Positions 1 to 32,509 of a stretch of 64,000 nucleotides of DNA are shown in pieces. This DNA is from the human T2T-CHM13v2.0 reference genome, Homo sapiens. A program made the position numbers and the translations under genes. The notes beneath the pieces are model-generated. The model searched no databases and was not told where the DNA came from. It worked only from the letters and a program-made list of their open reading frames with translations. How positions within the stretch are numbered: position 1 is the stretch's first letter; each line of letters begins with the position of its first letter. The stretch lies in assembly GCF_009914755.1 (NCBI RefSeq), contig NC_060930.1; one strand, 5' to 3'.

Positions 1-823
<823 letters not shown>

Positions 824-1289
824 GGCTTCTTTTACTCTCATTATATTGTGAGATTCAACTTTGTTGCAAATCACTAGGTTTGTTCATTCTCATTGCTGTC
901 CAGTCTTCTACTCTGTTAAGCATTTATCCATTATATAGTTGTACTTCATATAGTTTTTGGTATGTATGGAATATTTCATCAAAATAATTTTAAAAATAAA
1001 TAAATTACACATTAAAACTGTAATAACTGCATGAAGATCTGCCTTAGGAGTTTTTGCCGTTCAGAAGGATGAATCAGCCCGTTAGCCTTGTCCCTGAGTA
1101 ATAATTTAATACACTTATTAGGGTTTCAGGAGAGGTCCGGGGTATGCCAGACAACCACAGGGAAAGTCATTCCAAATCATTTACGGGACACTGACTCGAT
1201 ACACAGTCTTGTGCTGGGTTCTGTGGAGGACCAACATAAAAACTCAAACTCAGTTTCTTCACTCATAGCTGACATTTCTTTTCTTTTCT

Positions 1290-1562
<273 letters not shown>

Positions 1563-1941
1563 ATGGCTGACCTTTCTTAGGAGTGAAAGAGACCTCAGAA
1601 TGTACTTCCAGACTGACAAGAGCTAGACAGGCAGGACCACTTCTCTGCATGGTTTTTTGCATGGAAAGTCTTTATTTGAGCCCCTTAGCTGATGTGGAAT
1701 CAGAAGAGCAAAAAGGTCATCTTCAGAGTGGCCTGGGCTGGGTCCTTTTCTCTCCAGGATAGAAAAGTGGTGGTCACTTTATCCCTAGTAGACATGCTGC
1801 TGGGCTTTATCGCCCCAGCATTCCCATCCCCTCCAGAGCCCCTTGTCACTCCAGACCAGCGAGTGTGGGCCTTTATCTGGACTCTGCTTCCTCCCTGGGG
1901 ACACCAGGTCTTGGAGCAAGAGAACTTGGCAGGCTCTCCCC

Positions 1942-5626
<3,685 letters not shown>

Positions 5627-6862
5627 TTTTGGTGACATCTGCTGGGAAGTGTGACCTGCTGTCTCGCTGGCCATCTGGCACCTGGAAGATTCCTCGACAA
5701 CCTTAGCAAGGGGGGCGGGACTGAGAGTTCGACTTCACCATCCAGCTGGCCTCCAGCAGCCACCAAGCTGTGTATGGGGAGGGGTGGGGGACTGAAGGAA
5801 AGGAGGAGCATTATTCTGTGATGTAACCTACAAAAAGGTTTGGTCTCCTGTCTTGTAGCAGCAGTGGAGGGATGGCCCTGAGCCCATAGTACTGTGGGGT
5901 TGAGGGGAGCCTGAGGTTGCTGGTGGGGGCAAGGAGGATGGGTGTGCACAGGGAGGAGACAGGAATCTGGAGACTTGAGCAATGGTGAGGAATCCATTGC
6001 AGTGGAGCTGAAGGACAAATGGGGAAAACGGGGGAAGAGAGAGAAGGGAAGAGACTCAAGTCAGAGAAAGTGGAAAGAGATGGACAGAGGGAGAAAAATA
6101 GAAGCACAAAGTGGGAGGATGGAGGGACAGAGAAAATGGAAAGCCTCAACCCATCTCTAAATTAAGCCAGACCCCCACTACCCCATGTCTCATCCTCACA
6201 AAGAAGAGAGGGAACAGGCATATTTAATCAACCCCAGACTTCCTCACATGCAAGGGGAGGGAACTGAGTCAGGATAGAGATGCCTGTGCTCAGCTCCCAC
6301 CCGGGGCCCCCTCCTTATCCTTCCTTATCCTAGGCACACACTCTTCCCTGTGGCGCCTTACCGGGGCATTCAGAGCATGTGAGCAGCTATCGCCACTCTG
6401 GCACTTCCTTCCTGCTGCCCTGAGGTCACACCCTATTTCTCGGGGGCAGAGGGAGTGTCTACTCAGGCTGGCAGGCCCAGTGGGGGTATGTTATTTATTG
6501 GGCCGGGGCCATGCTGGGATGTCTGTGAACCATGGGCGAGTCTGGGCTGGTGAAGCGAGGGAGGATATTGATGCTCCCAACTTGGCCATTCCCTAGTCTC
6601 AGGCAGAAATGAGCTGAGCTCCAGCCACACCCTCACAAGCAGCTCCACTGGGTGCCCTTTTGTGTCTCTGCTCAAGCTTGGGCCTTACTGGAAAAAAGCT
6701 TTCTCAGAAGTCTCACCTAAAGGCTTCAGGCTGCAGGGGCTTAAACTAAGCCATTGGCAAGAAAAAGGACGAAAATGACACAGATGGAGAATGAGGGGAG
6801 TGCCGTGGTCCAGGTTCCAGCTCCAGCCCAACCCACCAAGCAGCTACAGTTTGCTCTTAGAG

Positions 6863-6874
6863 CACACACACACA

Positions 6875-6913
<39 letters not shown>
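6863..6913. repeat. (CA)n microsatellite
   Basis: Dinucleotide run with one interruption. Confidence 0.95.
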
Positions 6914-6917
<4 letters not shown>

Positions 6918-7375
6918 GTATCTGCAGTATTACTGGACTCCTAGATAGACCTTTTATTAAAGGTACTCTTCATAGTCCCCCAAGCCCTCCATCCTGAGTT
7001 CCCGACCTACCACATTAGTCTTTCCTAGCAAGACTCTCCTCCTTACCATACCTGATGCTCCTTTGATCCCCTTGCCTGAGATCCACAGTGTCATCAAAAT
7101 GCCTGCCTTGCCAGTGACCTGGGCTGACACGGGGCATCAGCAATGGGCATCTAGAAAAGACAAAAGACGCAGAATAGGTGTTCTTTATGAGGTTGGACTC
7201 TGGGCAGGTGCCTCCCCAGGCCTTGTGAGGGGTCTGTGAGGGGTCTGCTGAGAGATCTGGGGTCTCTGTACAAAATTAGGTTCTCGGGCATGTCTCAAAG
7301 TGTCTGTGCAGGTGTTTCCAGGGCCGCAGTGATGGCGGGGGGTATCCTGGGTTGGGGGCTGCAGATCCACGGAAG

Positions 7376-8847
<1,472 letters not shown>

Positions 8848-9699
8848 GGCCAGACACAGGCTCAGGAATCTGGGAGAGGTGATCTGCACCCCGAGATCCC
8901 GGGATTTGTAGAGTTGGAGCATTTGAGCAAGACAGTGAGGAACCAGTAAACAAACACACCTAGGGAGTGAATCTGGGGGGCGGAACCATGACCAGATTCA
9001 CCAGCCTGACCCAGCAGGCAGCGGGGGCCCCCAGCCTGCCCCTGCAAGGAGTCTGCCCTTGCCTGGAGGGTCTCCTCTGCTCTCTCAGCATGTTGTCTCT
9101 GTAACTTAGCTTCCTCTCCTGCTCCTGAGTTGTGTCTGTCGCCTTCCCTCCTACTCCTCCCCCTCCCTCCCCATGTCTCAAGCTGCTCCCTGGCTCTCTC
9201 AGCTTCTCTCTGTCTTTGTTTTCTCTGTCTTTCCCCCTCAGTGCTTTCATGTCTCTCAAAGTCACCCTCCTAAACAGCCCCGGCGTGGATCTGTTTGAGT
9301 GTAGAATCAACAATACCCCCACCCACACACCCACATGCACACACAAAGCCCAGCTGTGTAAGGGCGGACCCCACCCAGCTTCAGATCCCTTTGATCCCCC
9401 CAAGCTTCAACATTCCTACCCTGTAATTATCCCTGCCAGCTTTACTACCTTGGAGGAAAGAAATAACCACGGGTGGGGCTGGAGGGCCTGCTGATGTGCT
9501 TGCACTGGGGAGAAATCACTAGAAAGGAAGGCATGGATGGGATTTGGGGTAGGGGGGTGGTGATACAGCCTGGAAGGCTGGGGTTGAAGAGACTGGGAAG
9601 GAGGAAGGCCCATCTGGGGAATCAGAGCCAGCATGTACCAGGAGGAGTAAGACTAGGAACAGGGAGTGAAGATAGGGGAGACACAGGTGCCCAGGAGAG

Positions 9700-10150
9700 C
9701 AGCTCTTTTCAAAAATATTGATCTCAGGACCTCTTTACACTTTTCAAAGTTACTTAAGACTCTGAAGAGCTTTTCTTTATGAGGTTATATCAATATTTAC
9801 TACATTAAAAATTAAAACAGAAAATTTAAAGTAGGTATTTATTGATTTATTTAAACAATAAAAATAATAAAGTATTACATGCTAACAAAATACAGTTTTG
9901 TGAAAAATAACTATTATTTCTCCACAGCACAGTGAGAAGCTGAGCATTGCTTTACATTTTTGTGAATCTAGTGTCAGGCTTCGTGGGAGATGCCTGGGTT
10001 TTCCTATCTGCTTCTGCATTCAGTCTGTTGGGATATGTTGTTTTCGTTGAAGTCCAGTATATGAAGAAAATCTGACCTTACACAGATAGTTGCAAAAGGA
10101 GGACCCTCAAGGACCCTGTGAAAGGGTATCAGGGATCCTCAGGGGTTCTT
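9700..10150. mobile_element. Probable ancient DNA transposon fragment (hAT-Charlie-like)
   Basis: Abrupt AT-rich block resembling MER/Charlie consensus (CTCAGGACC..TTTACAC..GAGCTTTT..TTATG..GGTTATATC); family call from memory. Confidence 0.45.
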
Positions 10151-10292
10151 GTTGGTCCACAGACTGCTGCTGAGGATAAAGGAGTTTGAGGACTCCAGAG
10201 GATGCTGAGAGCATGCTGTGGGGCCCCTCCCTGTCCCCACTGGGGCCCTTGGTGCCTGCTGGGGGAGACTCTTTCTTCCTTTTTTATAGCCC

Positions 10293-10320
10293 TATAAAGC
10301 TCAAGGCACGGGGGATATAA
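10293..10320 (+). promoter_or_regulatory. LY6G6D TATA elements
   Basis: TATAAA 10293-10298 and GATATAA 10314-10320, 70-100 nt upstream of ATG 10391. Confidence 0.6.
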
Positions 10321-10390
10321 GGCAGGCAGAGCCGGGCTGGGGAGGGGGGTGGGCAGGAGGTAGAGGCGGTCCTGACACGGGCAGACTGCG

Positions 10391-12837
<2,447 letters not shown>

Positions 12838-12929
12838 GGGGAGTAGGAGTAGAGAAGGGAACAAGGGAGCAAGGGAACAAGGGACATCTGAACATCTAAT
12901 GTGAGAAGACAAACATCCTTCTGTGAGTC

Positions 12930-12935
12930 ATTAAA
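12930..12935 (+). terminator. LY6G6D poly(A) signal (ATTAAA)
   Basis: Hexamer 93 nt after the stop codon. Confidence 0.7.
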
Positions 12936-13693
12936 ATCTATGAACCACTCTACAGCTGACTGGAAAATTACATCTATCTTTGGTTGATGGGAGGGCTAAA
13001 AGCGTAATATGGGGCATCCAGGTTCTAGTTTGGGGGTTACCAAGCAACAGCGGGCTTAATTACAGTGGTGCACTCCTTAACCAACTAAACCCCAAAGGGC
13101 AATGGCTTATCTGCCTTCTGTGGCTCCTGGATCCTGTTGCTGGGTTGAATCTTCCTTAGCAATGAGATTCATTGAGTGGGGTTGCCAGGGTTTTGTGAGC
13201 CTGAGTCTGGGTTTGCTCCCCTATTTCCCATTTGCAAGTTGGCTCCCAATAGGACTATTTTGAATTGAGAAAAGAAATGTAAAAACTGTGATAGGTAAAA
13301 ACTGCTTGATGCCCTACTTACTAACTAGGCTAGGTGAGGCCTTTGACTCTAACCTGAGAGAAACTGAAGAAACAGGGTCTCAGGCCCCATCTCCATGTAC
13401 CTCTCCTATCCTTTCTGGAGAGCCCTCAAGCCAGGCCGCACCTTCTTCTTGGCAATACATCAGGGGTGTGGCCTAAATTTAGGATATGAGTTGTTGTGTG
13501 CCACCTGGAGACACTGGAAGGGAGGATGAAGACCTGAAAAACCTGTTTCTCCATTTTCCCCAGCCCAGCCTCCCAGGGAACCTCCCTGAAGGATTCCTGT
13601 GTAAGGGAGGGAGATTGAGAGTATTATTTCCTGGGAGGTGACCTGACCCTTAGGTCTTCTTATAATAAATGTACATTTTATCAGACTCAGACA

Positions 13694-13699
13694 TTTATT
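13694..13699 (-). terminator. LY6G6C poly(A) signal (AATAAA)
   Basis: Minus-strand hexamer about 430 nt after the stop codon. Confidence 0.75.
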
Positions 13700-14128
13700 A
13701 CTCAAAATGGAAAGAGGTGAGTATGGGGGATGGGGTACATATGGGAGCCTGGGTTTGGGGAGTCAGCTCTGTACAGTGAGGTCATCAGGTCCTTGTGGGA
13801 GCCTTCACTGGGGACAACACAGAAGCCCCATTTCAGGCCCAGATCCCAATCCCTCCTCAAGTAGGGGACAGCAGAGTATAGGAAGCAAAGTGGGGAGCCC
13901 TTCTAGGAGCCAATGGAGGTCCTGGAAGGAAGTGGGAAGGGACCCAGAAAAAGGAGAGTGAAGGGTGTGAGGTGGGAAGGATGGATGAGGAGACCACTCG
14001 GAACAGTGTTTAATTAAAGAAATGGGAGCTAGGGAGAGACGATTCTGTAAAGCCAGGGGATACAGAGACACAGGGAGAGAGGCTCAGGCCAAGGCAGGTG
14101 GGAGGAGGGGCAGCCAATGGAATGAGTC

Positions 14129-16712
<2,584 letters not shown>

Positions 16713-16803
16713 GGCGAGGGTCCTGAGAATGGTGGCAACCACAGCAGCTGATAGAGTAGATTTTCAAGGATCCAGCTCTAGGAGTTGAGTGGCCTTTTTG
16801 GAA

Positions 16804-16809
16804 TTTATA
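16804..16809 (-). promoter_or_regulatory. LY6G6C TATA box
   Basis: TATAAA on the minus strand about 90 nt upstream of ATG 16712. Confidence 0.7.
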
Positions 16810-17607
16810 AACCCAAAGGCTCCTCCCTTCCCTGCCTCTGGTAGCCCCTCCCTTCTCACTTACTACGCAGCTGACCAGAGAAAAGACAAGGGGTGGGAAG
16901 GCACTGAGCAGGACTGAGTGGGGAGTAGGGATGGGAGAGAGGGATGGGGGAAGGCAGGTGCCACTAGTGGCCAATGCCATTGTGGTTCTTGGTTTCAGGC
17001 CAAGATGCCCTTCCTGGTCCCCAGCTAAGAGTCCTGCTGCTCAGTCCTCTGAATGAGCATCATCAAAGGCCTCTGTGATTTACAGTGTCCATGGTGGCAG
17101 CTTCTGCTGGTTCCTGGAAAATGGACAAAAGGATGTGGCCCAAATTAATTGCTGAATTTGGGTCCCTGGGTCCCTGCTGGGCATTGATAGGGGCATGCTG
17201 GTGGAAATTGGGGGAGGAATGGGTCAAATTAATCTCCATTCAGCCCCCACTCGGTCTTTCCAATGCCTGCTCAGCAATAAGTGACTCACTGATGGCTTCT
17301 GTGATGCCACAGCAGCAGAGGCAGGGGCTGGGGCTACTCATCCAGGAGAGCCACCACAGGTCTGCTAAGTAGGGCTGCCTCAGGCTCCCATGAAGGTTCT
17401 CAGGATGTCACCCGTGCTCCACTTGCGCTTGGTGTGGCCTTGTTGCTCCAGTCCAGCAGCAGCAATTGTCCTAGGTGTGGCTGTGTGCACCTGCTCCAAA
17501 GCACCTCCCCAGTCAAAACCTGCCAACTTGGGCAGGGTACCAAGCCAGGAGGAACAGCATGGGCACAGAGAGGTGAGGTAGAAGCTAAAATAAGAATAGA
17601 AATAGTA

Positions 17608-18167
<560 letters not shown>

Positions 18168-18416
18168 AAAAGTTAAGCAGGCCAAAGCATTTGTGTAAAT
18201 GGCCCGAGCACACATTTTAAGTGAGAACCATTTGAAGACTCCGAGTTTGCCTGCGAGGATTCCCAAAGGGATCTGGGCAGCTGGTGGCCCCGCCCCCTCT
18301 CTTATCGGAGCCCCCCAGCCCCTCCGTTCTCCCCACGCCTAACTTCCCTCCGGTCCCCCCCCAACCGGCCCCACGCCGCTGATTCGCTCGCAGCTTCTCC
18401 TCACCACATCCTAACC

Positions 18417-20107
18417 ATGGCTGTGTTTCTGCAGCTGCTACCGCTGCTGCTCTCGAGGGCCCAAGGGAACCCTGGGGGTAAGCGATCCCTGGGAGAGTTG
18501 TGATAGACGCAGAGGGGCTGAAGCAAGATAAGGGCCGCCTAGTAGGGTGGGTTGTGTGTGGGAAGATCCAGGATGGCTGGAGTGCAGAACAGAGAAGAGA
18601 AAGAGGAGACGGGATGGAGGGTCGTCTTGCCCTGTGGACGTGCCCTAACCACAGCCTCCGGCCTCTCCTAGCTTCTCTGGACGGCCGCCCTGGGGACCGG
18701 GTGAATCTCTCCTGCGGAGGAGTCTCTCATCCCATCCGCTGGGTCTGGGCACCCAGCTTCCCGGCCTGCAAGGGCCTGTCCAAAGGACGCCGACCGATCC
18801 TGTGGGCCTCTTCGAGCGGGACCCCCACCGTGCCTCCCCTCCAGCCTTTCGTCGGCCGCCTACGCTCCCTGGACTCTGGTATCCGGCGGCTGGAGCTCCT
18901 CTTGAGCGCGGGGGACTCGGGCACTTTTTTCTGCAAGGGCCGCCACGAGGACGAGAGCCGTACAGTGCTTCACGTGCTGGGGGACAGGACCTATTGCAAG
19001 GCCCCCGGGCCTACCCATGGTAGGTGCAGGCCTGTGCGCACAAGGGTACTTAACTCCGACACATACCCGGAGGAGGGAAGAGGGCCTTGGCTGGGGGTTC
19101 TTGAGCGGGACTGCTGGCTGTCCCTCGTCAAACCCCTGACCTCAGCATCCCTCCCCGCCACGCCTTTCCCCCAGGGTCCGTGTATCCCCAGCTCCTGATC
19201 CCGCTGCTGGGCGCTGGGTTGGTGCTCGGACTGGGAGCTTTGGGCCTGGTCTGGTGGCTGCACAGGTGAGCAGGAGGGACCCGGCCTCGTTAAATGGGGA
19301 GTGACCAGAGGTGGAAGGGGCAGGACCAGAACCTTCGCAAAAGAAAGAGCTAGACCTAGAGCTCTGGTCCTGGCTTGGCGAAGAATGGGAGAGGTCAAAG
19401 GTGGGAGCGAGGCCGCTGACTGGTGAGTAGAGCCCCACCAGAGCAGATGAGCTGGAAGTGCAGCAGAGTTAGAGCCTGGGCTGGACTGTCGGTGGGGTAG
19501 AGTCTAAGTTGTTTCCGGTCTGAGCCTTCAAGTTGCTGGGCTGTCCTTGGCGTGGCGAGTCCCAGGAGAACCAGTGAGACAAGACTGGTGGTTCTCAAAG
19601 ACTCATATGTCCCTTACAGGCGCCTGCCCCCGCAACCGATTCGACCACTCCCTAGATTTGGTGAGACTAATTCCACCCCATTTTCTTTCTCCTACATGCC
19701 CACTCCCCACCCCTCAATTCCTGAGTCTGAGCCCTTGCTGGGAGCAGACACGTTGGTCACCTTCTCTCCATCCTTCAGCTCTGTCCCCCCCACATAGCTC
19801 CACTTGTGAAAACCGAGCCCCAGAGGCCAGTAAAGGAGGAAGAGCCCAAGATTCCAGGGGACCTGGACCAGGAACCGGTAAGGGCATGGGGATGGGAAGG
19901 GGATAGCCAGAATCTCTGAGGAAAATGGACCAAAAAAAAAAAGGCCTGAACCCCAAGGAAGACTGTGGAGACCATCTTGTCTTCCTCCCCTTCCTCCTCC
20001 AGAGCCTGCTCTATGCGGATCTGGACCATCTAGCCCTCAGCAGGCCCCGCCGGCTGTCCACAGCGGACCCTGCTGATGCCTCCACCATCTATGCAGTTGT
20101 AGTTTGA
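18417..20107 (+). CDS. MPIG6B: Megakaryocyte and platelet inhibitory receptor G6b (G6b-B isoform, 241 aa)
   Basis: Exons 18417-18477, 18672-19019, 19175-19265, 19620-19660, 19798-19877, 20003-20107 (726 nt). V-type Ig, TM (LLIPLLGAGLVLGLGALGLVWWL), ITIM LLYADL and ITSM TIYAVV. Confidence 0.97.
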
Positions 20108-20363
20108 AGGGAAGCCCTTACTCCAAACCTCCCAAGCTAGGGGATCCCAGCTCCCCATAATCCCTCTCCCCTCCTTGGTTCCTCACCTGGAAGAGGAAGG
20201 CACCATGGTATAGAAATAAGTGCTAGACTGGGAGTTGGGAGACCTGGGTTCCAGGCTGTCTCTGCCACTGGTCTTACTTCTAAACTTACTCCCATCTCTC
20301 CTATAACCTCCATGTCTCCCTCACCACCAGTGTCCTCTCTATACCCAATCAAGCCCTAGCTCC

Positions 20364-20659
20364 TTTTTTTTTTTTTTTTGAGACGGAGTCTCGCTCTGTT
20401 GCCCAGGCTGGAGTGCAGTGACACCATCTCCCTCACTGCAAGCTCCGCCTGCCGGGTTCACACCATTCTCCTGCCTCAGGCTCCTGAGTAGCTGGGACTA
20501 CAGGCGCCCGCCACCACGCCCAGCTAATTTTTTGTATTTTTAGTAGAGACGGGGTTTCACTGTGTTAGCCAGGATGGTCTTGATCTGCTAACCTCGTGAT
20601 CCACCCGCCCCGGCCTCCCAAAGTGCTAGGATTACAGGTGTGAGCCACCGCGCCCGGCC
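20364..20659 (-). mobile_element. AluY in the probable MPIG6B 3' UTR
   Basis: CACTGCAAGCTCCGCC and GTTAGCCAGGATGGTC AluY diagnostics. Confidence 0.95.
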
Positions 20660-20699
20660 TGATTCTTTAAGCTGTTTTTCTTTGTTGCTGGTGTTTTCT

Positions 20700-21750
20700 T
20701 TTTGGACTCCTCTTCCTTGCTCCATATCCCTACAGTATTTCCCACCATTCTAGGTTTGTCCCTTTCTCTTCTTCTGGGACACTCTCATCAACAGTCAGTC
20801 CTCAGCCCCCTCCTCTGCAAATGACACTCAGAACTCTCTCTGGCTCAGATCTCAGATTTGGGATTAACAAACTTCCACTTAGACATTCTGCCTGACTGAC
20901 CTCAGGCATTTCGCACTCTGAATGTCAAACCCAACTCATTGTCATCTCTGAAGCTGCTCACTTAATTCTCCTCTGTATTCTCTTTAACAACCCAGTTGCC
21001 CAACCCAGAAACTGGGAGTCACGCAGACCTCCTTTCTCTCTTACTCCCACACAATGAGCCATGAAGTCCAGTCTTTCTATCTTAACATCACTGTCAAACC
21101 CACACTGTATTCCATGCCCAGCGCTGCCACGTGAATGTACTCTGCTCACTTCCTTCCTGGATTACCCATAGCCCCACCTCATCCTCCTACCCTTGCTTTC
21201 CTCCCTGAAGTCAGAGAGATCCTACTCAAGAGATAACTGCTCCTGACAGCCCTTATTACAGAACTGAAGTACTCTCCTTAGCTTCAGCTCTGTGCCCACG
21301 TGCCTTGGCTTTGGATACAAGGTACTACAGCACTTTGTCCACTCTCCAGGCTTACCTGTGTCATTCCACATGCACATCTTAGAAAATGCCAGCCTTAGAG
21401 AATTCTCCCTAGCCCCAAAATGTCTTTGCCCAGTGCAATTCCTTCTTCCTGTATTACCCCTTTCCCTCCTTCACACTATCTGCCTGGCTAATTCTTATTT
21501 ATCCTTAGTTCAAGTATGGCCTTTTCTGGGAAGGTGACCCTCCTTGGCCACCCCTTGCATATACTTTGATGCCCTAGGGCACACCCCCTTTATTTCCCTC
21601 ATAGAAACAGCCTTCTGTAAATTGTTCCATGACAACCTGTATTTCAATTTGTAAGAAATTTGCATGTACTGTGAGCTCCCCAACGTCAGGAGACTGACCC
21701 TTTTGATATCATTGCTAAGCCTCATTAAATGAATGAATGAAAATGAATGT
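20700..21750 (+). mobile_element. L2 LINE 3' fragment
   Basis: Pyrimidine-rich L2-like body, TGTGAGCTCC motif and L2 terminal ATTAAATGAATGAATGAA. Confidence 0.65.
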
Positions 21751-22089
21751 CCCTGGAAGTGTCATTTCTTTTTCTTTATCAAATAGGGGTGGACTGGTAA
21801 TCTACCAGTCTCTGAATCATCTAACATTTAGATAAATTCAGTGAGCAATCCACCCATACACTCTTTTCTCTGCCCTGGACACACTTCCCATGATAGAAAT
21901 TCTGTCTTGTTCATCTTGTGCTCAAGTACCTATGACATGGTTGGGCAATGAGTTGATAAGTACCTAACAAGATTTTTGAATAAGAGGCCTTCTTCCCTGC
22001 ACTGACCCCAAACTCAGGTTTCAGCCCTGCCCTATCCCTTTGCCCCAGTAAGACACCAGTCACAGCCCAGTCTAAAAGGTCAATTCTAT

Positions 22090-22095
22090 TTTATT
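22090..22095 (-). terminator. DDAH2 poly(A) signal (AATAAA)
   Basis: Minus-strand hexamer about 175 nt after the stop codon. Confidence 0.8.
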
Positions 22096-22269
22096 GGTTC
22101 TGAGAGGGAGGATTCACCCAGTGGATCCTTTTCCCTACACTCTCCCCTCCCCCAATATTGAGGCTCTCTCCCAACTACTGCCTATTCAGCATTCTCTATC
22201 TAACCCTCCTTCCCCTTCTACTTCCTATACTATCCTACCCCTGGCCAGCAGTACCCCAAGGCCAGGCCC

Positions 22270-25500
<3,231 letters not shown>

Positions 25501-25633
25501 GAAACATAGCAGCCCCACCACAAACATTTCCCTTCTTAATTCCTGGCTTCTGCCCTGAGCTCAAGATCACTGACCCACCCCTCATTCCATGTCGCCCACA
25601 CTTTAAACCCCCATTGCGTAAAAACACTTGATT

Positions 25634-25639
25634 TTTATT
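25634..25639 (-). terminator. CLIC1 poly(A) signal (AATAAA)
   Basis: Minus-strand hexamer about 235 nt after the stop codon. Confidence 0.8.
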
Positions 25640-25874
25640 CTGTATTTTATTACTGAAATATGTTGTCCTACTCATCCCACCCCACAATAAAAATCTGACC
25701 CAGGCCCCCCATTTCTTTCCCTCATCCCCTCTTCCACCACACCATCCCGGAACAAGTGCTCCAGGATTCCCTGCCCACTGGCCATTTTGGAGTGTGTCCA
25801 TTGGGTAGCAATGTGGAAACCACCAGGGCCTTTGTGGAGAAAATGGAGGGGGTTGAGGGAGTCCCAGGAGGGGC

Positions 25875-31337
<5,463 letters not shown>

Positions 31338-31750
31338 GGTTGCGTCGGGGACCAGGAAGTGGCCGTCCCTGGGGGAACTGGGAGGGGCTGGGACCGGGGA
31401 AGGCGGGTCTCACACTCAGGGACTCTCTCCCCTAGACCCAGGGCTGTCCCTTCAGCACAACACAAGCTCAATCAGACCTACTTGCACCCAAACTAGGCCT
31501 CCCCACCAGCCCAACGCACCCCACACCCAGCTCCTCCAGCTCGGTCCTCTCCCGGGCTGGATCAGAGAGCCGCTGACTCACCGACCGGCCCCGCCCTGAA
31601 CCTGGGGAGGGGACTGGAGGGGGGCGGGACTCGACGATGTAGGGAGTGAGTCCGGAAGGGGAATCCTCGGATCTCCCACAGGATGGGGATGGGGGTGTTA
31701 AGGAGGAGTCCTGAAAACCTCCTTGTTTCTCCGACCTCTCCTGAACACAG
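31338..31750 (-). promoter_or_regulatory. CLIC1 proximal promoter / 5' UTR exon region
   Basis: GC-rich, GC boxes (CCCCGCCC), ETS-like CCAGGAAGT, minus-strand donor GTGAGT at 31581-31576. Confidence 0.6.
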
Positions 31751-32178
31751 GACTCTTTTCTGCCTCAGTTTCCCTGCTTCATTAATCTGAGTACAACCCG
31801 ACTGACCCTCATATAAAAAACTTGACACTAACAGCTTGGGCACACCCGTGAAGATTCAGGGATGGGGACTTCAAATGGAAAGGTGGTCGTTTAATCATTC
31901 TGCATTTCTTCCAGACTCCAATCCAAATTCTGGGTTGCTGGGACTGTGGTCTGAGAGAAGAACTCGGAAGTGGAAGGCTGGGACTGCAGATAGGAACCGT
32001 TAGCCATGCAGCCTGGGATTAGGGAAGGGGTGACGCCAGCACTCCCTGAGCTGCCCAGACTGGTGTCTCAGTAGGTCCTGTGCCCCCCGCAGTCTACTGT
32101 CTCCGGGCCCAGCTCAGCACTAGGACTTGCAGTCCTTGTGGCCTACACTTGGGATTGGGCATAGGAAATAGAGTTAGG

Positions 32179-32509
<331 letters not shown>

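Noticed and set aside
18500-19198. 232-aa single ORF at MPIG6B
   Set aside because: Exon 2 frame extended through flanking introns; explained by the spliced gene.
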